Source: Peribolospora baueri (taxonomy: Eukaryota). Taken from it: a DNA stretch of 64,000 nucleotides. The position numbers and the translations under genes were made by a program. Within the stretch, counting starts at the first letter, position 1; the number at the start of each line of letters is the position of its first letter. Below the pieces are notes generated by a model. The model was not told the DNA's origin. It saw only the letters and a list, made by a program, of their open reading frames with translations, and ran no database searches. The DNA lies in NCBI GenBank assembly GCA_029717555.1, contig JAMDHS010000060.1, positions 62,001-126,000 of the forward strand. The letters are read 5' to 3'. Below are positions 45,488-56,800 of the stretch, piece after piece.

Positions 45488-47383
45488 TCAGACGACCACC
45501 GCACCGTCCCGCGCCATCCGTCCCCTCCCCCTCGCGTCTTCTGCCCCCTCTCCCCCCAAACCACGCGTCCCGATCGCCATGCCTATCGGCACGACGACAA
45601 CGCCGCTTCTCTCCCGCGAGCGAGAGCCGGCGACGTGCCCGGGGAGCGGCGAGGCGGTGCGCTTGCCCGACGTGCCGCGGGCGCGGGAGCGGCCTCTGGG
45701 TGGGGTCGAAGGGGAGGAGGGCATGGGAGTAGCAGAGGGGACGGGAGCGGGCGCTCCTCGCTCCTCGCGACCGCGCTCATGCGGGGAGACGGCGGCGGTA
45801 TCGAGGGGAGACGACGACGCGGGCGCGGGCGCAACGACAGGGCGGTAATCATGATGAAAGGGAAAGACAGCGACGGAGGAGTGGTTGTGTCGGTGAAAAG
45901 ACCTTGTGGTCGTCGGTGTCCGCTGCCTCGTCGCATCCGCCTCGGCAAGCGTCTTCAAGCTTTCCGGGCTCAGCAGCGGGCCGGGACCGGCTCCGAAGCC
46001 GGGGCACGAGGGGCGGTGGCACACGGACACGGACGACACCTCGCTGGAGGGCGCGGCAGTGAAGGAGCGGCCGAGGAGGAGGCGCGAGGGCGAGGGCGAG
46101 GGCGAGGGCGAGGGCATGGGCATGGTGGAGGTCACCGGCAGCGTCCTCTCGTCGCTGGGCGTGGGTGTGGACGACTCAGACAGGTCGCCGCCCTCCGCGC
46201 CGACGAGGCCGGTGCCGGAGGGCAGCGCGTCCATGGTCCTCCTGCGCATCGAAGCGTCGTGGCGCCGCGGGACGTCGTCGGACGAGTGACGGCCTTCGAC
46301 GCGGGCGTTGCGGGCGATGACGGCGCTGCCGACCGATCTGGCGAGCACGGGCGAGACGGAGCCGGGGTGGGCGGTCAAGGTGGGACTGGAGCGGTCCCTG
46401 TGAGCGGTGGCGGAGGTCCTGCGGAAGACGGTGGAGAGGGCGGACCGGATGGGCGCCGGGAGGTTGGTCGTGCTGGGACGACGGGCGAAGGAGAGCGAGG
46501 GCGACTTCCATGGCGAGGGGCGGGCGGTATTGGGCTGCTGCTGCTTCTTCTTTTCCTTCCTCTCTTCGACGGCGGGACCGGCACCGGAGACAAGAGGAGA
46601 GACGGCGGGAGGGAGCTTGAACTGCTCGTCATCGAGGCCCGCATCATCGTCGCCGTCGTCCTCCTCCTCTCGGCTGGTGTGCGAGTAGGAGTACGTTGCG
46701 GGGCTGGGGGCGCTGTCGGTGACGTTGGTGAACGAGGCGCTGGAATAGGGCGACGACTCGTCGTCGTCATCGTCGTCGTCATCCTCGACATCCGAGAGGG
46801 AGGAGAACGTGGACCGAGAGCTGCTCCTGGGCGTCTTGCTCGTTCTCGTCTCGATCGGGAGCATGTTTGGCGTCGCGAGCTTGCGGTCGTGGGCGTGGAG
46901 GGCAGGCGAGGTGAGGGCGAGCTTGGCGCGGGAGGAGGAAGGGATGGGCTGGCCGTCGGCGCCGACGAAGGCAGCCGAGGGGAGCGAGGCGAGCACGGCG
47001 GGCGAGGGAGGGCAAGGGTAGCGGAGGTCTACGGGGAGGCCGTCGTCGTGGTGGCGGCGTCGACGGTGGTCGTCGTCGTCGCCGTCGCGCAGGTCGGGGG
47101 AGCCGGAGGCGTAGGCGAGGGACTTGCGCCTGTCGTCGTCCCTGCATGCGTCAGAGCAATAGAGGAGGCCGCCGGTGGTGGGTCCGGCGCAGTTGGCGCA
47201 GAGGTCGTCGGCGAAGGGGGAGGCAAAGTCCAACATGTCGTCGTCGCGATCGCCGGGGCGCGGGGAGAGGCGACGGCCGCGGCGGTCTTGTTGCTGGCGG
47301 CGGTCGGGGTGATCGTCGGCGTAGGAGGCGGGGAGGAGGGGGTCGTCTAGATAAGCAAAGTTGCGAGCGGTGAGCTGTGGCAT
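45488..47383 (-). CDS. Ecl1-like (extender of chronological lifespan family) Cys-motif protein with a long Ser/Pro-rich tail, intronless (about 631 aa)
   Basis: First ATG at 47383. Motif DLCANCAGPTTGGLLYCSDACRDDD matches the Ecl1/2/3 CxxC..LYCSxxCRxxD pattern. Includes LSFARRPSTTN and many SP/TP sites; codons are strongly C/G-ending. Confidence 0.7.
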   Translation of the reverse strand: MPQLTARNFAYLDDPLLPASYADDHPDRRQQQDRRGRRLSPRPGDRDDDMLDFASPFADDLCANCAGPTTGGLLYCSDACRDDDRRKSLAYASGSPDLRDGDDDDHRRRRHHDDGLPVDLRYPCPPSPAVLASLPSAAFVGADGQPIPSSSRAKLALTSPALHAHDRKLATPNMLPIETRTSKTPRSSSRSTFSSLSDVEDDDDDDDDESSPYSSASFTNVTDSAPSPATYSYSHTSREEEDDGDDDAGLDDEQFKLPPAVSPLVSGAGPAVEERKEKKKQQQPNTARPSPWKSPSLSFARRPSTTNLPAPIRSALSTVFRRTSATAHRDRSSPTLTAHPGSVSPVLARSVGSAVIARNARVEGRHSSDDVPRRHDASMRRRTMDALPSGTGLVGAEGGDLSESSTPTPSDERTLPVTSTMPMPSPSPSPSPSRLLLGRSFTAAPSSEVSSVSVCHRPSCPGFGAGPGPLLSPESLKTLAEADATRQRTPTTTRSFHRHNHSSVAVFPFHHDYRPVVAPAPASSSPLDTAAVSPHERGREERGAPAPVPSATPMPSSPSTPPRGRSRARGTSGKRTASPLPGHVAGSRSRERSGVVVVPIGMAIGTRGLGGEGAEDARGRGRMARDGAVVV

Positions 47384-47499
47384 GAGGGGCGAGGAGGAGA
47401 GGGCGACGATGTGGGATGTGTGGAAGATGGGCGGAAGGATGCTTTTATATAGAAGTTTTGCGGCCGGGGCGATGACTCGTTGGTCGGTGGGTCGATCGA

Positions 47500-49700
47500 T
47501 ATCGTCGAGGCGGCGAGAGGAGGCGGGAGTGGTGACGACGGGCGAGGAGGTCGAGTCAGGGGCGAGGCGAAGGCGAGGGCGAAAGCGAAGGCGAAGGCGA
47601 AGGAAGGTGAAGGTGAAGGTGAAGGTGAAGGGAGCGGTGGTGACCAGAGGGTGATCACTCGAAGGGTACGCGCGCGCGTCGTCGTCGTGGCCGTGGTGGT
47701 GGTGGTCGGTGGAAGACGAAGAGATGGGGGCGTAGGAGAGGGCTAGGGTGAACGATGGGTCGATGGTGATGGAGAAGGAGAGGTGCGAATAAAAAGAAGC
47801 AGGCGAGTCGAGTGGGATGAGGGAGGGAGGGAAGAATGAGGTGCTGAGGAGGGGAGGAAGGGTTCGTTGCAAGGTGATGTGTGCAAGAAGAAGAAAAGAG
47901 GGCACGAGCGGCGGGGCGGGATGAGATGATGGGATGGTGAGATGATGAGATGGGAAGGGTTGGTTGGGTTGGTTGGTTGGTTGGTTGACAGCCAGACAGA
48001 GTCAGTCAGTAGTCGTCAGTCAGTCCTCACTAAGTCAGTCCGTGTCGTCTCTGAGGTACTGAGTCGCCGTCAGGTCATGCCATGTTATGTTACGCCGCCT
48101 TCTTCCTCCTTCCTGCCGCACAACGTCGGTCCACGACGGTGCTTAGTGTGCTCGCGGCGGGGCACGTATCACCATCCCCGCCGCCACACACGCACCCAAA
48201 CCCGTCGTCGTCCATCGGCCGCGACCCAATCCCCATCGTCCCCTCCCATCACGCACTACCCACTCGGAGACTCGGACTATAGCTGCTGTGTCACCACTCC
48301 ACGTAGCCCTCCCCGCGCGGCCGACGGCCGAGCGAGCGCGCGGATCCTCTTTTGTCTTCGCCTCGTTCCTCCTTCAGTGTCGCCTCCCCTTTCCTTGTGC
48401 TGTGCCGTTCTGTCATGTCCTGCCCCGCTCCCTCCCGGACATATCGAATCGAATCGAATCGGATCGGCTCGAAGGAAAGTGTAAGAAGGAAGGGGGAAGA
48501 AAATGGGGACCGAACGAACAAACGAACGACCGAACGCATAAGCCAGGCTCCTCTCTCTTTCCTTTCCTTTCCTCTCCTCATCGCCGCTCGTCCCGCCTGA
48601 GTCAGTCAGTCCGCAGTCAGTCAGTCGTCAGTCAGCAACTTAGCAAGCTCTCCCATTCGAGGCACAGGCGGGCACGCAATGCAGGCAGGGGAGCATTTTT
48701 TGGGTCCTGCCTCAGGGCGCGAGGCGGTCACGGTCACGGTCACGGTCACGGTACGGTACGGACGGGTACGGTAACGGTAACTAAGTAAGCCCCGGTGAGG
48801 TATGGAGGGAGGGTGCAAGCGGCGGAGACGGAGAAGGTGCAATGCGATGCGATGCGTGCGTGCTTGCTTACCCGCCTGCCTCTCGCCGGCTGGCTCGCTG
48901 GCTGGCACGCCTTCTCGGGCACCCACGAATCGCGGCGGCGCGTGCCGGGAGGAGGGAGAACGGGAAGGAAAAAAAAAAGGGAGCAGAAGAAAACAAAAAA
49001 TAAAAAATAGAAAATTCGTCGTCGAACGGCGCCGATGCCGTGCGTGACGTGACCGACCCGCCTTGCCACGTGCGCCTCCGGAACGTCCCCAAAAGGCAGC
49101 ACGTTGCGTTGCGCTCTGTCAGCCACCGCAACCGCAGCCGCAGACAATGCTGACTGCGGCCGGTCTCACTTTCGTCAGCCACCGCGCGCCGGGCCGTTCT
49201 GTAGCGCGGACCACGTGCCCCGCCTGCGTCCTGACTGGGTGGACTGGGTGGACTGGATTGGACTCGCCCAAGTCGGGCGACTGTCCGTGTCTCGTCTTGT
49301 CTTGTCTTGTCTGACTGAGCACGGTCGCCGCCCACCGAGCGAACAAGAAAGAACAAGCATCCGCCCGTTCCTTTCTTCGCCTCCTTTTTCTTTCCTTTTC
49401 TCTTCGTCGTCGACCGTCATTCGCTAATACAATACAGCCAGCCAGCCGCGGGATGTCCGCGAGTTGTCCCCATGTACTCGCCGCGCCGTGTGCCAGCCAG
49501 CAAGAAAAAGGAAAGAAAGGAAGAAAGAATGCACTCGGACAATGACCGAAATCGCTTGAAACTAGGGAGCGTGCCTGCGGAAAAGGAAAATAGACAAGAG
49601 AGGCGAGACACGAGACAGACGGACAGACGAAGACACGCATAATACATAGTCAAACAGACAGACAGACAGACTGGCTGTCACCCGGCACGGCACGCGCACA
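47500..49700. repeat. Microsatellite-dense divergent intergenic region between the Ecl1-like gene and ECO1
   Basis: (GGCGAA)n/(GGTGAA)n at 47560-47630, (TTGG)n near 47960, (AGTC)n near 48000 and 48600, (ATCGA)n near 48443, (CACGGT)n near 48725, (TCTTG)n near 49295 and (CAGA)n near 49655. Confidence 0.8.
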
Positions 49701-49730
49701 TGGCGCTGCGGCTGCGGCAATGGCCCTGCA

Positions 49731-49765
49731 ATTCGCGTTTCTTTCGCGACGCGACGCGACGCGCC
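49731..49765 (+). promoter_or_regulatory. MCB/SCB-like CGCG cluster upstream of ECO1
   Basis: ATTCGCGTTTCTTTCGCGACGCGACGCGACGCG contains five CGCG cores about 130-160 nt before the ATG. Confidence 0.4.
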
Positions 49766-49889
49766 GAGGGGAGCGAGTGAGGACGCAACCGGTCGACCTG
49801 TCCTTGCTCGTCGTCGTCCTCGTCGTCGCTCGCTCGATACCTTCCTCCATTGCCCTCTTTTACTCTTCCTATCTTCTCGCACCCCGTTC

Positions 49890-51361
49890 ATGCTTTCTTC
49901 TCACGTCCCGGCTCACAAGAGGTGAGTGAGTGGCTGGCTGGTCGGTAAGATAGAGAGATGGATGGGAGGTTGGATGGACATATGGACAGATGGATACACA
50001 CATGGACAGGCGCGAACGTCTTTCTGACCCCTCCCACCCCACTCTCCAGGTCCGTCACCCGCCAATATGGCTCCAACAAGCGTCAGCGCATCGCCCTGCC
50101 CGACCACCCCGCTCCTCCTCCTTTTCCTTTTCCCTCCACCCCAACCCGCACCGCTTATTCGTCTTCTAGCCCGCCTACGTCGCCCCCGCCCGCGACGCCC
50201 CCCGCCGCGTCCACCATTCCGCCGTCTTTTTTCAAGGCCCGCGAGAGCGACAAGGAGAACGCCCGTCCCGTCACCGTCGCCATCCGCGACCACCGGCCGG
50301 GCGAAGGGAAGGACAACCGTACCGGCGCTCGGACGGGGACGGGGCAGGCGACGCTCGACGCCTTCTTCGCACCCGTTCCCACGAGGGCGAAGACAAAGAC
50401 AAGGGGCACGGGCCTCTTTGATTCGCAGCCAAGGTCCGCCTCCTCCATCTCTCGCTTCTCTTCCTCTGCCTCCTCCGTCCCCGAGCAGCTCATACTCGAC
50501 CTTGGCCAGGCCTCCGCGCTCACGATCCACTGTGCAACGTGCGGCATGTCGTACGCCCGTGGTGCACCCGAGGACGAGGACCTCCACGGCAAACACCACA
50601 AGAGGGTGGTGCGCGGGATCGAGTGGCCCAAGGCGGGCGTGAGGGGACAGGTGGACGTTGGCGGCGTCGAGTGGGTGGCCGCCGGGCGGCAGGAGAAGAC
50701 GGTCGAGCAGCGGATTTTGGTCGTGCCGTGTGCCGCCGGTGACGCATCCTCGTCGTCGTTGTCGTCGTCGTCGTCGTCATCCTTTCTTCCCCCAAAAATA
50801 CGAGAAGTCCTTTCCACAATCGACACCGAGCTCGGCGCCGTACCTCTCTCTGCTCGAGCGCTCGCCGGATGCAAGATATTTCTGTGCTTGAGGGGAAGGA
50901 CGGTCGTTGGTGCTGCGGTGGTCGGCAGGATTGGCGTGGCGAGGAGGGTGAGACTGGTGGAATCGACGGGGTCAGGCGATGCGGTCAAATTGGGGGCGGG
51001 AACGAGGAAGAGCGAGGAGGAGGAAGAGGACGGGGCGGTGTTTGTCGAGTGCGTCTTCCCTCTGCCGGTCATCATCGCTCTCCTTTCTTCGCTCACCCTC
51101 CCTTTCTCTACTCTACATGCCAGCCCGACGCCGCACCCGACCACCATCGGCATCCACCGCATCTGGGTCTCCTGCACCTTGCGTCGCTCCGGCATCGCCT
51201 CACTCCTCCTCAACGCCGCACTAGACCGCTTCATCTACGGATCCCCCAAGGGTGCCCTTGACAAGGCACGCGACGTCGCTTTTAGCCAGCCTACGAGGAG
51301 CGGTAGAAAGCTCGCGGAGAGGTGGACGGGTCGTTCGGATTTTTTGGTGTTTGATGAGTGA
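49890..51361 (+). CDS. ECO1: Cohesin acetyltransferase Eco1/Eso1 (C2H2 zinc finger plus GNAT), 3 exons
   Basis: Exon 1 MLSSHVPAHK (intron 49922-50049). PIP-like QATLDAFF, QLILDLG..CATCGMSY..EDEDLHGKHH, IGIHRIWV..RRSGIASLLL and VAFSQPTRSGRKLA. An in-frame intron lies near 51049-51123. Confidence 0.95.
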
Positions 51362-51394
51362 CGACGACGTGGCGAGAGGAGTGGTGCCGCTGAT

Positions 51395-52720
51395 ACTCTG
51401 TCTGTCTGCCTATCTGCCTGCCTATCTGCCTGCCTGTCTGTCTGTTTGTCTATCTCTCATACTCACTCGTACTCTAGGCATGCATGTCCCTACGCACTCG
51501 CTGTATTTCGCATGGCGGTTCGTAGGAATCGTATCGTTCGCCATGAGACGCGAGCGGTGCGAGCGCCGTTCTCGACAAAGCCGGCCGTCCGTCCATCGCT
51601 GTCGCTTACGTACATACAGCGTGTACGGCGCGGCGGCACTTGCCATGGAGAGATGATGAGCGCCGGAATGGAAGACACGACACGATGCAGGAGGGCGCAA
51701 GGTCGGGCGTGCGGGGAAGGAGGAGGGCGGGGAAATGGAGCGGGAGGAGGCCGCCTCGTCGGGTCGTCGCCGAGCCGCCCGCGTCATGTCTGTCTGCCGC
51801 GCCAACGACGAAACCTTGTCTCGTCTTTTTTTCTTCTTTTTTTTTATGGTCGCCCAATGCGCCGACACCAGCATTTTTTTTTCCCTTCTTTTCTTCTCCT
51901 TCTTCTCCTCCGCCGCCTTCTTTTGTGGCCGCCCCGCACCACACAAAATCTCAATCTCGCTTTCTTTCCCCTTCGACGGCGTCCAACTGCTCCCTTTTAT
52001 CCGCCCGGCCACCCGTTCTCCCCGCTCCCGTCGGCGCCAAAATAGTCAGCTCAGCTCGGTCGCCTGCGACCAGCGTGGTTGGTTGGTGGGCCAGAAGTTA
52101 ACCTTGGTTGAGCGGAACGAGTACGAGACGGGACGCGGCGCGGCGCGGCGGAGAGAAAGACAAGGCTAATGAAGTCGCTGGCCCAGCCTGCCCTGCGACG
52201 GACCGTCCGTGGACGGCGCTGAGTGAGGGCCAGAACGAAAATCACACCCGCCGACAGCTTTCCATCACGCCCGCTCACGATAGAACAGACAGACAGAGCT
52301 CAGCGCAGCGCAGTACACCTTCGTGACGGTACGTGTCCGCCGTGGAGAAATTGACGAGAAAGGGGACCTCTCTCTTCCCACATTACACATTGCACCCGTG
52401 AGCACGTTCGACCCTTCCTTCCATCGTCCGCCCATCCGCCATGCGCGTCGTGAGCACCTCGTCGTGAGCACAGTGCCGACTATTCCCCTCACGTCCAACG
52501 TGCCCGTACCGTGTCCTTGTCCTTGTCCATGTTCATATCCGTATCCGTATCCGTGTCCGCGTCCGCGTCCGTGCCTTCGGCACGGCGTCTCGTCTCGTTC
52601 TCGGCCAGCACGCGTCCGCACGTTGTACGTCCAGCTACTCGGCTCATGGAAACGGAAACACAGGTGCTCGAAATGGGTCAACAGACAGACAGTCAGTCAG
52701 CCGGTCAGCCAGTCAGCCCG
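51395..52720. repeat. Microsatellite-rich non-coding tract downstream of ECO1
   Basis: (TCTG/CCTG)n at 51396-51450, T-runs at 51825-51890, hexamer array (TGTCCT/TATCCG/CGTCCG)n at 52510-52572 and (CAGA/CAGT)n near 52682. Confidence 0.75.
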
Positions 52721-53839
52721 ATGGGTCACTCGTCCACGCACCCATCGCCGTCGCTTCGCTCCCTATTCTCCACCTGCAAACGGTTCGCTACGCACGCGAA
52801 CAAAAAAAGGGCAAGTTCCTAATTAATAAACGTAAACACCTTGCTCGCCGCACCCGTTCCGTTCGTCCATTCGAGGGTCCGTCCAGCGGGGCGGGCCGAT
52901 CGAGAACGACGACCGCGCTGGGGATGATCATCAGTGGCCGGCCCGTCGGTTTTCGTTCTCGCTATCGTCGGCGCTTCGTGTGCCGCCTTTGAATAGGAAA
53001 GCCAACGGCCTGACCGGCGGCGCGCATCGCAGACAGCCAACCAGCCCGGCCTCCAGCCCGCCTGGTGAAATGAGTCGGTGAGGCCGTTGCGTCTCATCGG
53101 ACACGAGGCTGGCTGGAGCAGCCCAGTTGGGCAGCAGTGCTGCACTCAAAAGAAAAAGGACAAACCCCGACCCGATCGAATGCGCATTGCCGTTTCTCAA
53201 ACCGACTTTCGACGGGGCCTCAACCGGAGCTGCTTCTTCCAGCGCCAGCGTGCCCTCGTTCCAATATCGTTCCATGAAAACCTCGAGTCGTCGTACTTGC
53301 CACTTGCTCCAGCACATGCCCTGGCACGACTGGATATGGAACGCCTCGGCGACAGCGCCAACGATAGCGCCACTTTGCGGCATGCTTGGACGTCCGACCT
53401 GCCGAGTGTAAGTCCGACGAACCGGCCCCCCCCTTTCATTCTTCGGCTTCTGGCGCGTACAAACGAGCAACTTTTTCTCCATGTCCGCGCGCGCGCGGCA
53501 TACCTGCTTAGTCGCCGGACTCAATTCTGACTTGGCACCGCCATCCCTCGCCGGCTCGCCGTAAGTGTGCGTCGTGATGATGATGATGACGACCAGCGAC
53601 GGACGTCCGGCCCGCTCGTCGTCCGACGGACACGTGGTTTACATAAGCGACGAGCGGAACGGTCCCATGGCCGGTCCCGGAAGGACCGCAGCAGTTGGAC
53701 GTCTTCCTGTCTCCAATCTAATCTTCGATCTCCTTCCTCAGCGTGTCTCCTTTCGCGCTTCGTCTCCTTTCTTTCCTCTTCTGTCTCTCCAAGGTCGAGC
53801 GGGAGAGAGAGCGAGTGTGGGCAGGGCGTCGTTGCTGAT

Positions 53840-56800
53840 ATGATGCTGCTCGGCGGACGGGTGCCTTTGGGGCGAAACCCGCCGCGCTGTCAGAGCGCCC
53901 GAGGCAGCTGGTCGTCGTCTTCACCCCCGGTCGCCTTCGCCCGTCGTCATCCTAGTCCCGACGCCTCCTTCACACCCTCGACAGTGCGCACTCCACGGCC
54001 CTTCTTCCTCTCCACCACAGCAGTGCGCCGCGATGCACCAGCCAGCTCCTCCAAGCTTGCGGCACCCAAAGACGCAGCAGACAAGGCGTTCGCCCACACC
54101 CTCCTCCTTCCCAAGACTCCCTTCCCTCTCCGAGCCGACGCCAAGAGGAGGGAGACGTTGTTTAGAGAGAGGACGACGGACGAACTATATCGGTGGCAGG
54201 TGAGCGCCGTTCCCGTCTCTTCCTATTCGCCGTATATGTACGCCGTAGAACTTGGTCGTTGCTGCCGCGTCGGCTCGGCCGAGGAGAATATCGAAACGAG
54301 AGTGTGCGAATCGCAGCGAGACGAGCCGTGGGGGGAGCCAGATGAACAGATTCCCCCAACCCTTGAATGTCTTTTTGTCTAGTGGGTGAACAACACTGGC
54401 TCCGTGTTTGTGTTGCACGATGGCCCGCCCTACGCCAATGGTCACCTTCACATGGGTGCGTCCGTAACCGGTACCACACCCTCCGCTCCTCATGCGGAGA
54501 CTACACGAAGAGATGGACTGGCATACTGACCTTTTTTTGCCGTCGTCCTTGGCGTTGTCCGTGTATGGTCTGCAGGCCATGCAATGAACAAGATCTTGAA
54601 GGATATCATCAACCGGTACAAGGTCTTGCGCGGTCATCGCGTGCAGTGAGTCCAAAGGCGACGGCATGCCTTTCCTCGATGCAGGTTCTCGGAGGACTGG
54701 AAGGAGGATGACTGAAAAGAAGGAGCAACCCTTCTGTCAACGTTTCCAGCTACATGCCCGGGTGGGATTGTCACGGCCTGCCCATCGAGCAGAAGGCCTT
54801 GGCCGAAAAGCTCAAGGTTAGTCTCGCCCTCTCTTTCTCTCCCCGGTCATTTTTCATCGAACTCGCATGTGCTGACGGACCGTTCCGACGGCCTTACGCG
54901 CGTAGGGCAGGGATTTCCGCACCATCTCTCCCGTTGACATCCGTCGCGCCGCCCGCGAGACAGCGCAAGAGGGCATCGCCCTCCAGCGGGGCGAGTTCCA
55001 ACGGTTCGGTGTCATGGCCGACTGGAGCCAGGCAGGGACGTACCGGACCCTAGGTGAGTTTCCGATCGGGGTGTGCCTTGGTTTTGGCTCGCCGCCACGA
55101 CTTTTTTCCGCCCCCCTCCTGCGACTGATTCGTTCACCTGGTCATGTGCCCTCCCTGCTCTACACAGACCGTGACTACGAGATGGCGCAGCTCCAAGTGT
55201 TCTCCGAAATGGTTCGAAAAGGTGCGGTGCCGGTTGCGAGCGCTCGGCTCAACTTGACTCCACGCTCTTCGACCGCTCAACGAGACATCCGTCTCCGTCG
55301 ATAGGTCTCATCTACCGCAAGCACAAACCCGTGTATTGGTCCCCGTCCTCGCGCACCGCGCTCGCCGAAGCGGAGCTCGTGTACGAAGATAACCACACGT
55401 CCAAGAGCGTGTACGTGCGGTTTCCGCTACGGGCGGGCCCAGGTCTCGTGAGCGCGGTCAAAGGCACGCCCGCAGAGGACAAACTGGGCGAGGCCGCGAT
55501 CGTCATCTGGACCACCACACCGTGGACCTTGCCTTCGAACATGGTGAGCTTAGTTCGTCTTGCGCCGCCGTTGGAGACAGCTCCCGTTCATCCGTCGTCT
55601 CGTGTCGCCGTATCGTCCGCACAGGCCGTCGCTGTCCACCCGGAGCTCAGGTACTGCTTGGCGCGGCTGAGGAGGGACGACTCGTATATGATCTTGTCTC
55701 GCGATCGGTTACCGGCGCTGCGCGAGCTCCTCGGCGACCTGGATCCTCTCGCCGAGTTCCCAGGTGAGCCCGTTTTCCCGACACCCGTGGCAGTCGGATT
55801 CGCACGCTGACCGGCGCGCTCGTTTCAACCTAGGCTCGGCGCTGCTCGACTCGAGCTACACGCACCTCTTCTTGGCCCCGACGTCTCCCCCGCGGCCGAT
55901 CGTCCCCGGCTCCCACGTCACCTCCGACTCTGGAACTGGTCTCGTCCACTCCGCTCCCGCACACGGAGCGGAGGACTATTTGCTGCTCGACTTGCTGGGC
56001 TTGCTCAAAGGTTCGACGGCCGTGCCTACTTCTTCCAACCTGGCCGGCCGTGCACAAGAGGAGATGATCTGCCCCGTCGATGAGGACGGCCGGTTCACCG
56101 GCGACGTCGCCTCCCTCGGCGATTCTGCCACCCTCGACCTCGCTTCCCGGCTTCAGGGCAAAGCCGTCCAGGGCGCCGGCGGTCGAGAAGTGATCAAGCT
56201 GCTCGAGGAAAACGGCGTCCTGCTCGGTCAGGCGACGATCAGGCACAAGTATCCTTACGATTGGAGGACGAAGAAGCCGGTGATCACGAGGTGAGTGAAT
56301 GAGGCCGTCGCCGTCGGGCGGCAGCGTTCCTCGTGGATAGATGGCGTCCGACTGAACGAGCCCGCTTTCTACCCACCCGCTTTCCCTGCCCCTCCCCGTC
56401 CGCGTGCTCCTTCCTCCTGTCCGTCCGACCCTGTTGGTCAGGGCGACGTCTCAATGGTTTGCCAACATTGACGAGATCAAGGAGCTGGCGCTCCAGGTCG
56501 CCGACAGCGTTCGGTTCTCTCCCGAGACTGGTGAGCCCGCTTCCGCTCGTACGTGTCTCAAACGGAAGCACTGAGCGCACGTCCTCCTCCTGGACGGCGC
56601 GCAGGGAAGAATCGCTTGAAAGCTTTCGTCCAAGGACGATCGGAGTGGTGCATATCCCGGCAGCGCGCATGGGGCGTGCCCATCCCTGTGCTCTACGACG
56701 CGACCACGGACGAACCTTTGTTGACGGAAGCGAGCGTGTCGCACATCGCCAAGGTGCTCGGCGACAAAGGAACCGACTACTGGTGGGAGGGTCCTGTGGA

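Noticed and set aside
45395..47350. 651-aa + strand ORF
   Set aside because: Gly/Arg/Val-rich antisense shadow of the GC3-rich Ecl1-like gene, with no domain.
52931..53530. Overlapping 197-aa (-) and 150-aa (+) ORFs upstream of IleRS
   Set aside because: No recognisable motif, no clear codon bias or splice structure; such ORFs are expected by chance at this GC content.
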